A stretch of DNA of 64,000 bases, taken from positions 4,588,001 to 4,652,000 of the forward strand of contig OZ024748.1 of the NCBI GenBank assembly GCA_964016885.1, written 5' to 3'. The notes under the pieces are model-generated. The model did not search any database. It was not told where the DNA came from and worked only from the letters and a program-made list of their open reading frames with translations. Each line of letters starts with the position of its first letter. The stretch's first letter is position 1. This DNA comes from Eledone cirrhosa (lineage: Eukaryota). Below, piece by piece: positions 44,557-59,621 of this stretch. A program made the position numbers and the translations under genes.

Positions 44557-44620
44557 TAGCAACCGTATGATAAAGTATTTATAAATATGAATTATGTATT
44601 TGAGTATTTGTAATTGTTCA
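44421..44620. repeat. Inverted duplication with arms of about 65 bp around a (TA)n(GA)n loop
   Basis: CAAATACATAATTCATATTTATAAATAC..TTGCTAA matches TTAGCAA..GTATTTATAAATATGAATTATGTATTTG. Confidence 0.9.
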
Positions 44621-45184
44621 CATAAAATATATTTGTGAGCTTTTGTGATTATGTTAACAATTTGCGCCAATAAACAGATTGCCTTTCCTATATAAATGTT
44701 TAATATAAAACATAATATAAAACCTTTCGGGAATCGAACTCATGAAAAAAGTTGATATTACTCCATTCCCAAAGGAGAGTAAATTTCATCTGAATTCTAT
44801 CATTTTTTAATTAAATTATGGTAACGATTGCTGTTCAATGTATTTTCAATCACAACAATGGGATATGACAGCATAACACACACACACATATATATATATT
44901 TGAATATATATATATAAATATATAAATATATATATATATAAATATATTTATATAAATATATAAATATATATATATAAATATATACAAGTTAATATAAATT
45001 AATATATGATAAACACGTAAGTGTTTGCATTGCAAAAGACTAAGTTAGCTAGAATGAAATAAACTAATTAAAATAAATATAAATTGTCCGTCTCGATATA
45101 AATCGATAAAAACAAGCTCATATTGGCAAAAGCCAATATATAAATATATAAATATATATAAATATATATATATATACAATATAA

Positions 45185-45372
45185 TAATTGTTTCTACTAT
45201 TGGCACAAGGCCAGCAATTATCACAGTGCATTACTGGTACTTTATTTTATCGACCCCGTAAGGATGAAAGGCAAAGTTTACCTCGGTGGGATTTGAACTC
45301 AGACGATAAAGGACTGTAACTCTATGCTGCAAAGCATGGTGTCCAACTCTCTACCGATACTGCCAATCCACC
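45185..45372 (-). mobile_element. Full-length SINE-A
   Basis: All SINE-A blocks present in reverse complement. Confidence 0.92.
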
Positions 45373-45549
45373 AAATATAATAATAAATGGAAACTATATT
45401 TATAGAACCATATTTATTTTATTATACATATTTCAAGGGCAACCAAGGGAAAATATGGTGCGCTTTCATCAGATAAAATACAGATTTGGTTTATAAATAA
45501 ATATTGACATACCCGGAAAAAAAGACAACCTTAACGGTTGGAGCTTCCT
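45373..45549 (-). mobile_element. Family-4 hammerhead-bearing element
   Basis: Reverse complement of 20546-20722. Confidence 0.85.
45415..45480 (-). ncRNA. Type-I hammerhead ribozyme with intact core
   Basis: Minus strand TATTTTAT-CTGATGA-AAGCGCACC..GGTTGCCCTT-GAAA-TATGTA-TA-ATAAAATA; 8-bp stem I. Confidence 0.75.
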
Positions 45550-45560
45550 TATAAATTTAT

Positions 45561-45593
<33 letters not shown>

Positions 45594-45618
45594 AATATAT
45601 ATATAAATATATATATAA

Positions 45619-45792
<174 letters not shown>

Positions 45793-46100
45793 ACACACAC
45801 ACACACACACACACAAATCTTCACGCACGTAACGTATGTAGCAATATGTTATACGATGTATATTAAGATAACGTACATAGAAGTAGATTTATTTCTATTT
45901 ACACCTTGTGTATATATAATTGTTTGTGTGTGTAAACATATAAATACACGCACAAACACACACACACATATATATATATATATTAAAAGTATGTCCATAG
46001 AATCATTTGATAAAATATATACACCATTTCCTCTCCCTATATATATATATATATATAGGCGTGCTGTCGGCTTTTCGCTGCAGTGTTTTCTATACCTTTC

Positions 46101-46212
<112 letters not shown>

Positions 46213-46215
46213 CAT

Positions 46216-46268
<53 letters not shown>

Positions 46269-46680
46269 CGTACATATGCGATGTTATGTCTGTATTTGTT
46301 TTACAGGAATCGTGACGTGAATTCGTGTTTTGAAACAGATAATCACATTTTTTAGGGTTATTTTGCCAATAAAAATACACATAATAACTAAGTTTGCCGT
46401 TAAATATATTATTAATTAGGGAAATATAAGTTTAACCACCATATTCGGATTCATCAAATAAGTCAATATCAATAGGAATAACTAACTAAGAGAATCACAA
46501 AGTGCTTTCAGAATTAATTGGTATACGTTAATTAAACTTAACGAAGTATGTATAAGATATTTGAGTAATAATGTTACCTAACTGAAAAGCAACTTATGAA
46601 TGTGTTTGGAGGCATCGACATACTAAAGCATATCAAATTTATATTTAGGATATCTATATATATATACATATATATATATT

Positions 46681-46851
<171 letters not shown>

Positions 46852-47050
46852 ATATTTATATTTACGATTTAAATATATATAGAATTATATTTACGATATA
46901 TATATATATATATATAATCAAACACAAATTTATAGACATTTATGCCGAACACATACTCCCTACTTAACACATATATTTACTTATATATGTGTGTGTTTGT
47001 GATTGTATGTATTATATATATATGTATATATATAGTATATATTATATTAT

Positions 47051-47081
<31 letters not shown>

Positions 47082-47179
47082 TAATATATATATTTATATA
47101 TTGTATATATTATAAATATATATTGTATATATTATAAATATATATCGTATATATTACAAATATATATTGTATATATCAC

Positions 47180-47218
<39 letters not shown>

Positions 47219-47222
47219 ATAT

Positions 47223-47306
<84 letters not shown>

Positions 47307-47619
47307 ATATAATATATATATGTATATATATATATTTATATATATACATATATGTATAAATATATATAGTATATATATATTTATATATACATGTATAGAT
47401 ATATATTGTGTATATATATATTTATATACAAACATGTATAAATATATATTGTATATATATATATATATAAATATATATATATATACAATATATATTTATA
47501 CATGTTTGTATATAAATATATATATCTATACATGTATATATAAATATATATATATACAATATATATTTATACATATATGTATATATATAAATATATATAT
47601 ATACATATATATATTATAT

Positions 47620-47713
<94 letters not shown>

Positions 47714-48126
47714 CATACAATATATCATATATATATATATATACACATACAAAAATATATACATATATATATGTGTATATATATATTATATATATGTTAT
47801 ATATGTATATATATTTTATATATATATAATATATATATACAATTAATATATATAATACGTATATTCAAAATATATATATATATAATTAATATATATTATA
47901 TATATATATACATAGTATATTATATATATATTCATGTAGATATATAATATTATGTATGTGTGTGTGTGCAAGACGCAAACCAAATTAGCAAAGCAAACGA
48001 TACTGTACAATGAGTAAATAACAGTTATGTGTGCGTGTATGTATTTCGTATGTATGCATATAACTATGTATAAATACAGAAATACACATAATATATATAC
48101 ATACATACTTATATATATAGTAATAA

Positions 48127-48220
48127 TAATTGTTTCTACTTTAGACACAAGGCCAGCAATTACCCAATACATTATTGGTACTTTATTTTATCGACCCCGT
48201 ATGGATGAAAAGCAAAGTTA
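48127..48220 (-). mobile_element. 5'-truncated SINE-A
   Basis: ATTGTTTCTACTTTAGACACAAGGCCAGC...GGATGAAAAGCAAAGTTA. Confidence 0.85.
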
Positions 48221-48493
48221 AATAATAAATTTGAAGACTAAAATCCAAAGAGGGCTCGATAAAGATAAATATATCTCAGATATATAAGAACCGTAGAGCA
48301 TATATTTATTAAAATAATAGATTAAGGTTTAAGCAAAGAACCGCTGCTTTCACCCTCAACGGGATCTTCTGAAACTAAAAAAGTCAACCTGTGAACGCAG
48401 AAGTAAATATTTCAAAAAACGTTGCAATCGAAGGAAGACAGGAAGACGATAATGGTGAAAGCAGCGATTCTTTGATGAAACTTTAATGTGTTA

Positions 48494-48500
<7 letters not shown>
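48221..48500 (-). mobile_element. Family-3 element with tail and inverted arm
   Basis: Arms at about 48308-48354 and 48454-48500; right end abuts (TA)n. Confidence 0.8.
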
Positions 48501-48530
<30 letters not shown>

Positions 48531-48539
48531 TAATAAAAT

Positions 48540-48720
48540 AACAGGAGGCTAGACTGGTGTAAATCCTTGAAAGGTTTATTATACTATGATCATTTCAATG
48601 ACCGTGTTCCGTATGAATCCGGTGATATCAGGTATTCGAAATACAACAAAGGAATATAACACAAAATCCATGGGGCTGAAAATCATAGAAAAGAGGACGA
48701 CCGACCATCTAGCATCTTCT
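48540..48720 (-). mobile_element. TA-flanked element with a decayed hammerhead (about 48580-48637)
   Basis: Minus strand ATAC-CTGAT(..)ATCACCG...CGGTCATT-GAAA-TGATCA-TA-GTAT; core GA apparently deleted. Confidence 0.45.
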
Positions 48721-48736
48721 ATATATGTATATATAT

Positions 48737-48922
48737 AACGAAGGATGTGTGGTAAGGAACCAGATGGACCATAACGCACCAGAGTACTCAATACTTGGAG
48801 TAGTAGAGTGGGTAATAGGAAAATGTTTAACCCCGATGGCAGAGCTCAATCCGTTTCAACGGCTATTTCTGGACTCTGAGTCCAGAAACACCCGTCGATG
48901 CGTTCGGGGTTAAACATTTTCC
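48737..48922 (-). mobile_element. Family-1 hairpin-plus-tail element
   Basis: GGAAAATGTTTAACCCCG...CGGGGTTAAACATTTTCC arms, with an internal deletion in the right arm. Confidence 0.88.
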
Positions 48923-49150
48923 TTTGCTTTTCCTTCTTTTTTGTTTACTTGTCTCACTCGCGATTCACTTGTTCCAATAGCTTATTTTAGTTATTGCTCG
49001 CACCAACCTGAGGTATCTGATTTTTAATGCGATGAAATACCAATGATGGTTGGCAAATCACTGATGAGGGACTAATTTTATAATATGTAACCCATGTGCA
49101 ACCACGCAGTATTCCCCTTTCTTCCCATATTTTTCATATATATATATATA

Positions 49151-49440
49151 TCCAAATTTGAAACTGCCAAATTCAACGTGAGGAGAATACTTTGTTAAAT
49201 ATTTTTTAATTACTGATAATTATATAGTGATTATTATACATAATTCAAATCAAAAAGTATGTAGGCACTGTCATGAAAGCTTGTAAATGCATGTCAGTAT
49301 ATGTGTCTGCATGTTTGTTTGTGTACGTGCTTTGTTAAGCAAAGCCACGCCTCTGATAAAGTACAGTTAAGTCATTGTTTAAAAAAGGCTTTGATAAGGT
49401 TGGAATATATATATTTATATATATTCGGTATACAAGGATG

Positions 49441-49478
<38 letters not shown>

Positions 49479-49642
49479 AACTATATACATACAGGTAGAT
49501 AAATATATAAATATTAAGATTTCTTCAATGGTTAGTTTCTATAATATTTGTCTTATTTATAATTCGATCCGATTTTATGAAAATGTTATCAAATTAATAA
49601 AATATGTCTTAGATTATAATATTATATCAATACCACTAGTTT

Positions 49643-49711
<69 letters not shown>

Positions 49712-49771
49712 CTTATAGTTATAAACATGTATCACTCACATACATAAATTTATATACATATCTGATATAAT

Positions 49772-49836
<65 letters not shown>

Positions 49837-49867
49837 TTCTAAACATGTATCTCACACACATACACAA

Positions 49868-49920
<53 letters not shown>

Positions 49921-49945
49921 ATAAGTATATATATATATGATATAA

Positions 49946-50028
<83 letters not shown>

Positions 50029-50360
50029 TATACACGCATGTGTGAGTGTTTGTGTCATGAAATGAAATCTTTGCAAACAAAACTACATCCATAGGTAAGT
50101 TGTTGCGAATTATCAAACCCTTTTTTAAACAATGACTTAACTGTACTTTATCAGAGGCGTGGCTTTGCTTAACAAAGCACGTACACAAACAAACATGCAG
50201 ACACATATACTGACATGCATTTACAAGCTTTCATCACCGTGCATACATACTTTTGATTTGAATTATGTCTAATAATCACTATATAATTTAATTATCAATA
50301 ATTAAAAAATATTTAACAAAGTATTCTCCTCACGTTAAATTTGGCAGTTTGAAATTTGGA
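49151..50360. mobile_element. 1.2-kb foldback element with inverted arms of about 250 bp
   Basis: 49151-49397 is the high-identity reverse complement of 50110-50360; ends TA|TCCAAATTT ... AAATTTGGA|TA. Confidence 0.88.
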
Positions 50361-50364
50361 TATA

Positions 50365-50466
50365 CAGGGAGTCCCCAAAAAATGTATACACACTTCAATA
50401 TCATTCTAATAAATATTGCCTGTACAGGTAATCAAAGTGTGTATACATTTTAGGGAAAAAACCCTG
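50365..50466. mobile_element. Tc1/mariner-type MITE, third copy
   Basis: TA|CAGGGAGTCCCC..AAAATGTATACACACTT...AAGTGTGTATACATTTT..ACCCTG|TA. Confidence 0.82.
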
Positions 50467-50752
50467 TATAATGAGCGTTGTACGAAAACTAACAAAACAA
50501 CTCTCCCACACACACAAAACGCATACTGCTTGCCCGCTCGAACACACACACACAGGCACATGACAGCACGTAGGAAATTTATCAGAATGAATCAAAGCAA
50601 ATATAAAACAAACAAAAAATTGTATAGGAGAAAACCTTACATATTACTTTAACATTATAAAACAATTATAAAACATAATTTATCTAAAAACTTCGATAAA
50701 CATTATTTTCGCAGTCAAATTCTATGAAATTTTTACTAACACACGCACACAG

Positions 50753-50789
<37 letters not shown>

Positions 50790-50865
50790 CATAATCATAT
50801 ATATATACATATATACATACTCATATATATATATATATATATGTATACAGACATACACACACACA

Positions 50866-51013
<148 letters not shown>

Positions 51014-51609
51014 AGTATGTATATGTACGTACATATATGTATACAGACGTACAGTAGTATGTATATATATACATACATGCACACATATATATATATGTAC
51101 GTATGGATTTACAGAACATTTTTTTATAATGCTCGGTTTGTTTTTTCCATATATATATATATAGTTTAATCGATTACTTAATTCGATTACTTTGTAAAGA
51201 CATGAGTAATCTACTTCGAGCCCCCATGTATGGTTCTATAATCTGTTGTCTTTTGAAGTGACGGAGAGTTTGATGTGGTTTCAAATCTTGAATAGTTTCG
51301 TTTCATGTTTGGTGTATTTGGCGTCATTAATTTTTTTCATAAATTATACCTAATTATAACATATTTTAATGTTGTCTGGTGTAAAAAGAAACACAGATAT
51401 TATAATAAGATCTATCGGGAGAATGTGTATAAATGTTAAGAAATAATTTTTACTTTCATAAATTATGCCCAAAATGTTATAAATAACAGAGTAATAACAT
51501 TTTTGCGCAGAGGGTTGGCAGAAACAGCAGCCAAATAAAACTTAATTCTCTCTATGATAGATGAAAGCATGAATGTACATTATACGGACGCACACTCAAA
51601 CACACATGT

Positions 51610-51642
<33 letters not shown>

Positions 51643-51657
51643 GTGTGTGTGTGTGTT

Positions 51658-51708
<51 letters not shown>

Positions 51709-51720
51709 TTGTATGTATAT

Positions 51721-51863
51721 AAGGGTGAAAGCAGCGATTCTTTGCTTAAACTTTAATCTGTTATTTCAATAAATATTTGCTCTACGGTTCTTATATATTT
51801 GATATATATTTATCCTTATCGAGCTCTCTTTGGATTTTAGTCTTCAAATTTATTATTATTACT
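51721..51863 (+). mobile_element. Family-3 element, 5' truncated
   Basis: AAGGGTGAAAGCAGCGATTC...ATCGAGCTCTC...TATTATTAC then (TA)n. Confidence 0.85.
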
Positions 51864-51866
51864 ATA

Positions 51867-51953
<87 letters not shown>

Positions 51954-52152
51954 GTGCGTGCCAGTGTGCGTGTGTGTGAGTGTATATGCGTACGTGAGTG
52001 TCTACTGGTTTTCTCGATCAAAGCACCGCCTCCAATGAGATACAGAAGCTCATTGTATAAAACATGCGTTCAACTCACAATCACTAACTCAAGTTTGTTC
52101 TCTTGAGTACCTATCGTTGTATATAAGTTATATATATATGTATGTGTGTGTG

Positions 52153-52216
<64 letters not shown>

Positions 52217-52543
52217 CATATATATGAATTAATCTAAACATTTTGCTCATTTTTCTGTGGGTTATTATCCTCCTTTCATATTAATCAAAATACGCAGCAT
52301 GTTTGTTTAATTAATCTACGTTGTCGGAGCATGTACTGTTTTTCAATTAGATAGAAGTGTTTGTTTGAATCCAATTTTCCGATAAAAATGTAAACTACTG
52401 TAAACTACTAATCTGACTTTGGACAGAAAACATGAGTAAATGTTTCTAATTCAAATCTTACATGACTATAAACTCGTCAAACTAATCTGAATATTTTTAC
52501 CCGAGGAGACACAAAGCATATTGTGTAACTTTATAGTTTATCG

Positions 52544-52662
<119 letters not shown>

Positions 52663-52953
52663 GTATATATATATGTATAAATAATTTATTTATGTATGTG
52701 TGTGTCTGTGTTATAAATATTAAATATACATTGTGCGTGTATATATATATATTTATATATATATATATATATATAATGTACAAAAACATTATATATATAT
52801 ATATTATGTACAAAAACATTATATATATATATATTTATTTATATATATATTACGTATATATATATATATGTATTTATATATTTATTTATGTATATATATA
52901 TATGTATTTATATATTTATTTATGTATATATGTATTTATATTTATTTTTGTAT

Positions 52954-53015
<62 letters not shown>

Positions 53016-53305
53016 GTATTTTATTTCATTACAGGAAAAATTATAGTATTTCAAAGTTTGACGGGAATATATATGAGGGAATATAGAGAAATTCGTATAT
53101 TTAGGTGTATGCAAAGCTACATTGACGGATAAACTTGGATTTATAGGAAAGGCCCTTAACATAGAGCATATATTGATTTATACAGACGCACTAAACCTTC
53201 TTTTGAATATCACACGCACAAACACACACTCATATACAGAAATATATTTGTATACCTACGTACGCACGTACAATTTGTGTAAATATCGATACATATATAT
53301 ACATA

Positions 53306-53485
<180 letters not shown>

Positions 53486-53897
53486 AAATATATATATATA
53501 TATATATATATAATATACATATATATATATATACACATATATATATATATATGATATATATATATATATATATATGTATATGATATAGATATATATATAA
53601 AATGTAGTGTTTATATATACATAATAAAAATTATCTATAATATATATATATAATGTAATATAATGTAATATAATATAGTTATATATATACATAATACATA
53701 TATGTATAATTTTATATATATGTATGTATATATAAAGTGTACACACACACACACATATATATATATATATTGTGTGTGTGAAACACACACATAGACATAC
53801 ACGTGACATTTACATTATTGAGGTCGTCCTCGTTCAGTCGTAATTTTATATGTGAATTTATTCAATTGTCTGTGTGCGTGTGTGTGTATATATATAT

Positions 53898-53990
<93 letters not shown>

Positions 53991-54005
53991 TGTGCGTGTA
54001 TATAT

Positions 54006-54195
54006 AAGTATGTTTTGAAACAGTGAGCAGGTTTGAAATTAGAAAATAGAATAGCTTTCACCGTATTTTTGACTAAAGGAATTTTAGCCTGATAATGGGG
54101 TTTAGAAAACTCAGACAAATGGAAAAAGATGAGCATTGAAGGTTCTAAACCCCATTATCAGGCTAAAATTCCTTTAGTAAAAAATACGTGAAAGC

Positions 54196-54199
<4 letters not shown>
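54006..54199. mobile_element. Hairpin-plus-tail element with arms of about 58 bp next to (TA)n
   Basis: AATAGCTTTCAC..CCTGATAATGGGGTTTAGAA matches TTCTAAACCCCATTATCAGG..GTGAAAGCTATT. Confidence 0.8.
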
Positions 54200-54254
<55 letters not shown>

Positions 54255-54256
<2 letters not shown>

Positions 54257-54326
54257 TGGTAACACAACAGTAAGTTCACCATACCGAGAATAATTGTTTC
54301 ACCTTAGCGGATCCTCGACTCGTAAT

Positions 54327-54328
<2 letters not shown>
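54255..54328 (-). mobile_element. Short TA-embedded fragment related to 22190-22349, with a hammerhead-like remnant
   Basis: Minus strand GAGGA-TCC(GCTAA)GGT-GAAA-CAAT-TA..CTCGGTATGG..TGTTGTG. Confidence 0.45.
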
Positions 54329-54370
<42 letters not shown>

Positions 54371-54622
54371 GCACACTCACGCACACACATATTTGTCTGT
54401 GTGTATTTGTAAATATGTAGGCATGAATCAAAATATATATATTTTACATTTTATTTTTTTATGTGTAAGCAATAAATATTTTTCTATTTAACCAATGTGT
54501 TATATTATAGTGCAGACAAATATATACGTTCGAATTCATAAATATATTTTACACTCATACCCATGGAAATACACAAATACAGAATCACGTAATCTTATAT
54601 ATAATCATATATATTTCATACG

Positions 54623-55460
<838 letters not shown>

Positions 55461-55464
<4 letters not shown>

Positions 55465-55584
55465 GAAGGAAGTGTTTGTAAAGAATCAGGTGGACCATAA
55501 TGCACCAGAGTACTCGATACTTTGGGTCCAGAAATAGCTGTCGAAACGGGTTGAGCTCTGCCGTCAGGGTTTTGAATATTTTCC
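55461..55584 (-). mobile_element. Family-1 element lacking one arm
   Basis: Tail GGACCATAATGCACCAGAGTACTCGATAC joined directly to the inverted arm GTCCAGAAATAGCTGTCGAAACGGG. Confidence 0.85.
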
Positions 55585-55631
<47 letters not shown>

Positions 55632-55831
55632 TATAGTGCATATATATATATACATGAAGTTTAGAAAAATCCTTCATTTCAAGCACTAGTAAACTGAGAA
55701 AATTTTCTGCCGGCGCAGAATTACAACCACTTCATTGATCTTTAAATCTGCCTGTAAATTAATTTAACTTTTCCCATTGATATTATAACTATAATATTAA
55801 TGCAACTATTATATTTATATGTATATTATAT

Positions 55832-55933
<102 letters not shown>

Positions 55934-56424
55934 ACGTAAAGAAATATACTACAGTCTGAGAAATCTGGTACCGGACAGCGTCTACCAAACATAGACAAAT
56001 CATTAAAGTAAAGTATATTAAACAAATAATATGAATTAAAAATCGCAACAGGAAACAGACGTTGCCTGCATTATGGCGAGTTGGACCAGGTGATGCATTG
56101 GCTGTATGATTAGAGTGTATGACAAAATATTTTCTACATTCTGGTTTCGTATCTCGTTGAGAACAACTTTACCTTTATATAAATATTATATTAGTTAAGT
56201 TCTATTGAGAATTCAATTGACTTTTCCTCGTCGACATTACTGGTCTTGTGTGAATGTTAGAATGATTTAGGATGTGGTGAGTTTCAAAGATGTTCTTTCT
56301 TGCCGAATGTACACGAAATTATTTTATCTTTAACACATATTTTACAAAACACTAAGCAATGAACCGCCATCATTAAAACGTCGGTTAGAATGCTTTGTCT
56401 TATTCGGTCAGGCAAATATTATTT

Positions 56425-56611
56425 GGTGGATTGGCAGTATCGGTAGAGGGTCGGGCGCCATGCTTTGCAGCAAAGAGTTACGGCCCTTGCCATTCTGAGT
56501 TCAAATCCCGCCGAGGTTAACTTTGCCTTTCATCCTTACGGGGTCGATAAAATAAAGTACCAGTAATACACTGGGTAATTGCTGGCCTTGTGCCGAAAGT
56601 AGAAACAATTA
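56425..56611 (+). mobile_element. Full-length SINE-A (reference copy)
   Basis: GGTGGATTGGCAGTATCGG (A-box), GAGTTCAAATCCC (B-box), GCCTTTCATCCTTACGGGGTCGATAAAATAAAGTACCAG (resembles a conserved metazoan SINE central domain; superfamily not confirmed). Confidence 0.93.
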
Positions 56612-56974
56612 TTTATATATATATATATATATATTCGTTTTGGTTAAACAGAACTCGTTAGTCTTTGGTGGTAGTCTGTCTAGGAGAAGAGTAACTCTTA
56701 TTTCAAAACCGGGTTAGATCGAACTCCTTCGTCAAAATTACACAATTATGACAATGTATATGTGCCCTGTAATGCAGAAATACCCCTGGTTTGTATCGCC
56801 AGACGCAGTATGTTCCCTGAAAATGAAAAACTCCGACCTGTTGAATCAGCATTTTTCTGAAACAGGGGAAACTCTGAAATCAAAATTGCGGTTTACGTAA
56901 CTTTTAGTCATCTTCCTTAGACTTGTCAACAAATAACAATCACTGAGAATTTTAGAGGTTCACTCGTGTTTTAC

Positions 56975-57306
56975 AGGCGTTTGATACAGTAATCAATGAT
57001 GTATTGATCTCTCTTTCCTATCTTCTCATCTGTCATTCTATCTCCCCAGCCAATGTTGACTGGGACTCTGAATTCTTGGCACCATATAGACATTAATTGT
57101 ATAACTCTACCAATTGTGCCATCATCTGATTTTCTATCAATGAAATACCGCCACTTCTGTAGTTTTCACAACTCGAGAGATGTAACATCGGCGTTGGGAT
57201 TCACGGTCCCAATCACCTCTGTTGCTCTGTCAGTCTTGGTCATACCTTTGTTGCTGGATCGAAAACACCACCATGCGCATATGATGGTGTAGAATTGAAG
57301 GAACAT
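56975..57306 (-). pseudogene. Decayed RTE/BovB-type LINE ORF C-terminal fragment
   Basis: Minus frame AWWCFRSSNKGMTKTDRATEV...*KLQKWRYFIDRKSDD resembles the RTE motifs AFEMWCYRRML.ISWTDR..N.EV and KLRYFGHI.R; in-frame TGA at 57166-57168. Confidence 0.55.
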
Positions 57307-57365
57307 CTGACAAGACAAATCAATCAATCATATATATATATATATATATATATATAGGTAAGTTA

Positions 57366-57496
57366 TTCCGGGTTGAGTCGGAAGTAACCACAGTAAGTAA
57401 GGTACTCTATACATAGCAGAGTATAAATCATCAGGAATCTAGATCCCTGATGATTTCTAAAGAATGAAACAGTTCTAGTCCTGTAGAATCTCATCT
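57366..57496 (-). mobile_element. Family-2 element with an internal deletion and a hammerhead core at 57447-57475 (+)
   Basis: Tail matches 43238-43300; CTGATGA-TTTC(TAAA)GAAT-GAAA-CAGTTCTAG. Confidence 0.82.
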
Positions 57497-57744
57497 ATAT
57501 ATATATATATATATATAACATTCAAATTTATGCAAATATATGCATATCATCATAAATTGTTTGAGAAACTTATTGTATTCTGAACATATATATGAAACAT
57601 AATATTTTACAAACACGATATATATCTACTCCAATATATATATGTGTGTGTGTGTGTGTGTATGTGTGTGTGTATTTATGTATGATGCCTACGATTCCAG
57701 CAGGTGTTCAGGGCCCACAGTTTTGGGGATGTATATATACATGA

Positions 57745-57812
57745 GTTTCAGAAGATCCCGTTAAGGGTGGAGGCAGTGATTCTTTGCTTAAACTTTAATC
57801 TGTCATTTTTAT
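57745..57812 (+). mobile_element. Family-3 fragment
   Basis: GTTTCAGAAGATCCCGTTAAGGGTGGAGGCAGTGATTCTTTGCTTAAACTTTAATC. Confidence 0.8.
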
Positions 57813-58539
57813 ATACATCTCTATATATATACCATTATCACTTTCTATGAACAAGCACCAACAACACAACCATACCAGCTCCACCACCTTCACCACAACC
57901 ACTACCACCACCACTACCACCACCACTACCTCCAATATCATCACGATAATGATCATCATCATTATAATTAACATCATTTCCTTGTGCCGTTATCTTCTTT
58001 TTCTTCTTCTACACAATCTTAGGCACACTCCTCCCCCCAGCAACAACCGCCATCTTTCTCTCTCCACCCTTCTCTTCACTATATATTTCTTGTCTTATAT
58101 CATATTCTCTTTCAATAATTTCACCACCACCACCCTCAACACCACCACTCCCACCCTCAACACCCCCACCCACGCCCTCAACACCTCCACCATCAACATC
58201 ACAGACCCCCACCACCACCACTACTACACTACACCTTCTAGCTATGATCATCTCATTCTTTATTTATTCTTATGCAATACATCTGCAAATGTAACCTCAC
58301 CAAAAAAGTTTCAGGGTGAAATCGAGGAAAAATAAGCTGCCTTTTCTAGCAGGTCCAGCGACCCCGTAGGAGCCGCTTTATGCCGACTCTTTCAAACTTT
58401 TGTTGGAGTTATTGGTTTTGTTGTTCTTGTTGCTGTTATTGTTCTTGGTGTTGTTCTTGCTGTCACTGCTCACGTTGTTGTTATTGTTGTTTTGTTGCAG
58501 TTATTTTTTCTAGTGCTTTTTGTTTGTTGTTGTTTTTGC

Positions 58540-58572
<33 letters not shown>

Positions 58573-59536
58573 CTTTCTAGGTTTTGTTATTGCTGTTGTT
58601 GTTGTTTTTGTTGTTGTTATTGCTGTTGTTGTAGTCTTTCTAGTTAGTACAATATCCAATGACAGGACACTGTTACATATTGGCTGGACAAACACGTGCA
58701 GCTAAGAACAATAGGAGGAGGAGGAGGAGGAGTAGGAGGAGGGGTAATAGAGGAGAGAAGGGGAGGAGGGTGAGAGGGGCGGAAAGGTTTGGAGAAATAG
58801 GCGGAGGAAAGAAAGTGAGGAGAGAAAGACAGGGGCAGGGGATGAAGAATTGTGTGGAGGAGGGGAGAGAGAGAAGAAGGAGTGGTGGGGTAGAAGGAGA
58901 GGGGGCAATGAGCGGAGGTGATGGAGATTCAAAAGAAACGAAAGATGGAAGGAGAGAAGAGAGAGGTAGAAGAGAAGAAAGTGGGGGAGGGGAGGCGGAG
59001 TAGGAGATTGGGTGGAGATTGGTGTGGAGAGGAGAAGAGGAGAGGAGGGATGTAGAATGGTAAGGAGAGGACAAGGGCAATGGGTGGAGGTGATGGAGTT
59101 GCAAAAGAAACGAAAGGGAGGGGGCGAGAGAGGAGTGGTGGAAGAGAAGAGAGTGGGGGGAGAGGAATGTCTTAAAAAACAACAAAAAGAGTAAAAAATG
59201 TTTTAAACAAAACTAAAAAAAAAATACAAAAAAAATATTTAAAAAATAAAAACTAAAATAATAATAAACTGAAAAGAAAGGCAACCAAATATAAACAAAA
59301 AAATTAATCAAAATAAAACAAATATAATTAACAAAAAATATATAAATAAATTTGAAAGCATAAAAAATAAGGATAAAATGTATACATATATATATGTGTG
59401 TGTGTGTGTGTTGATATATATATATATATGTGTGTGTGTGTGGATATATATATATATATATGTATTTGAATAAATAGATATATGTGTGTATATGTATATA
59501 TATATATAAGTGTTTATGTATATATATGTGTGTGTG

Positions 59537-59621
<85 letters not shown>

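Noticed and set aside
49061-49080. CTGATGAGGGAC half-hammerhead
   Set aside because: There is no downstream stem II partner or GAAA.
56425-56515. SINE heads as functional tRNA genes
   Set aside because: A and B boxes are present, but there is no cloverleaf and they continue into SINE body sequence.
57166-57306. Terminal exon of a membrane protein, or a selenoprotein exon
   Set aside because: RTE LINE-like motifs on both sides of the TGA explain it better, and no partner exons were seen.
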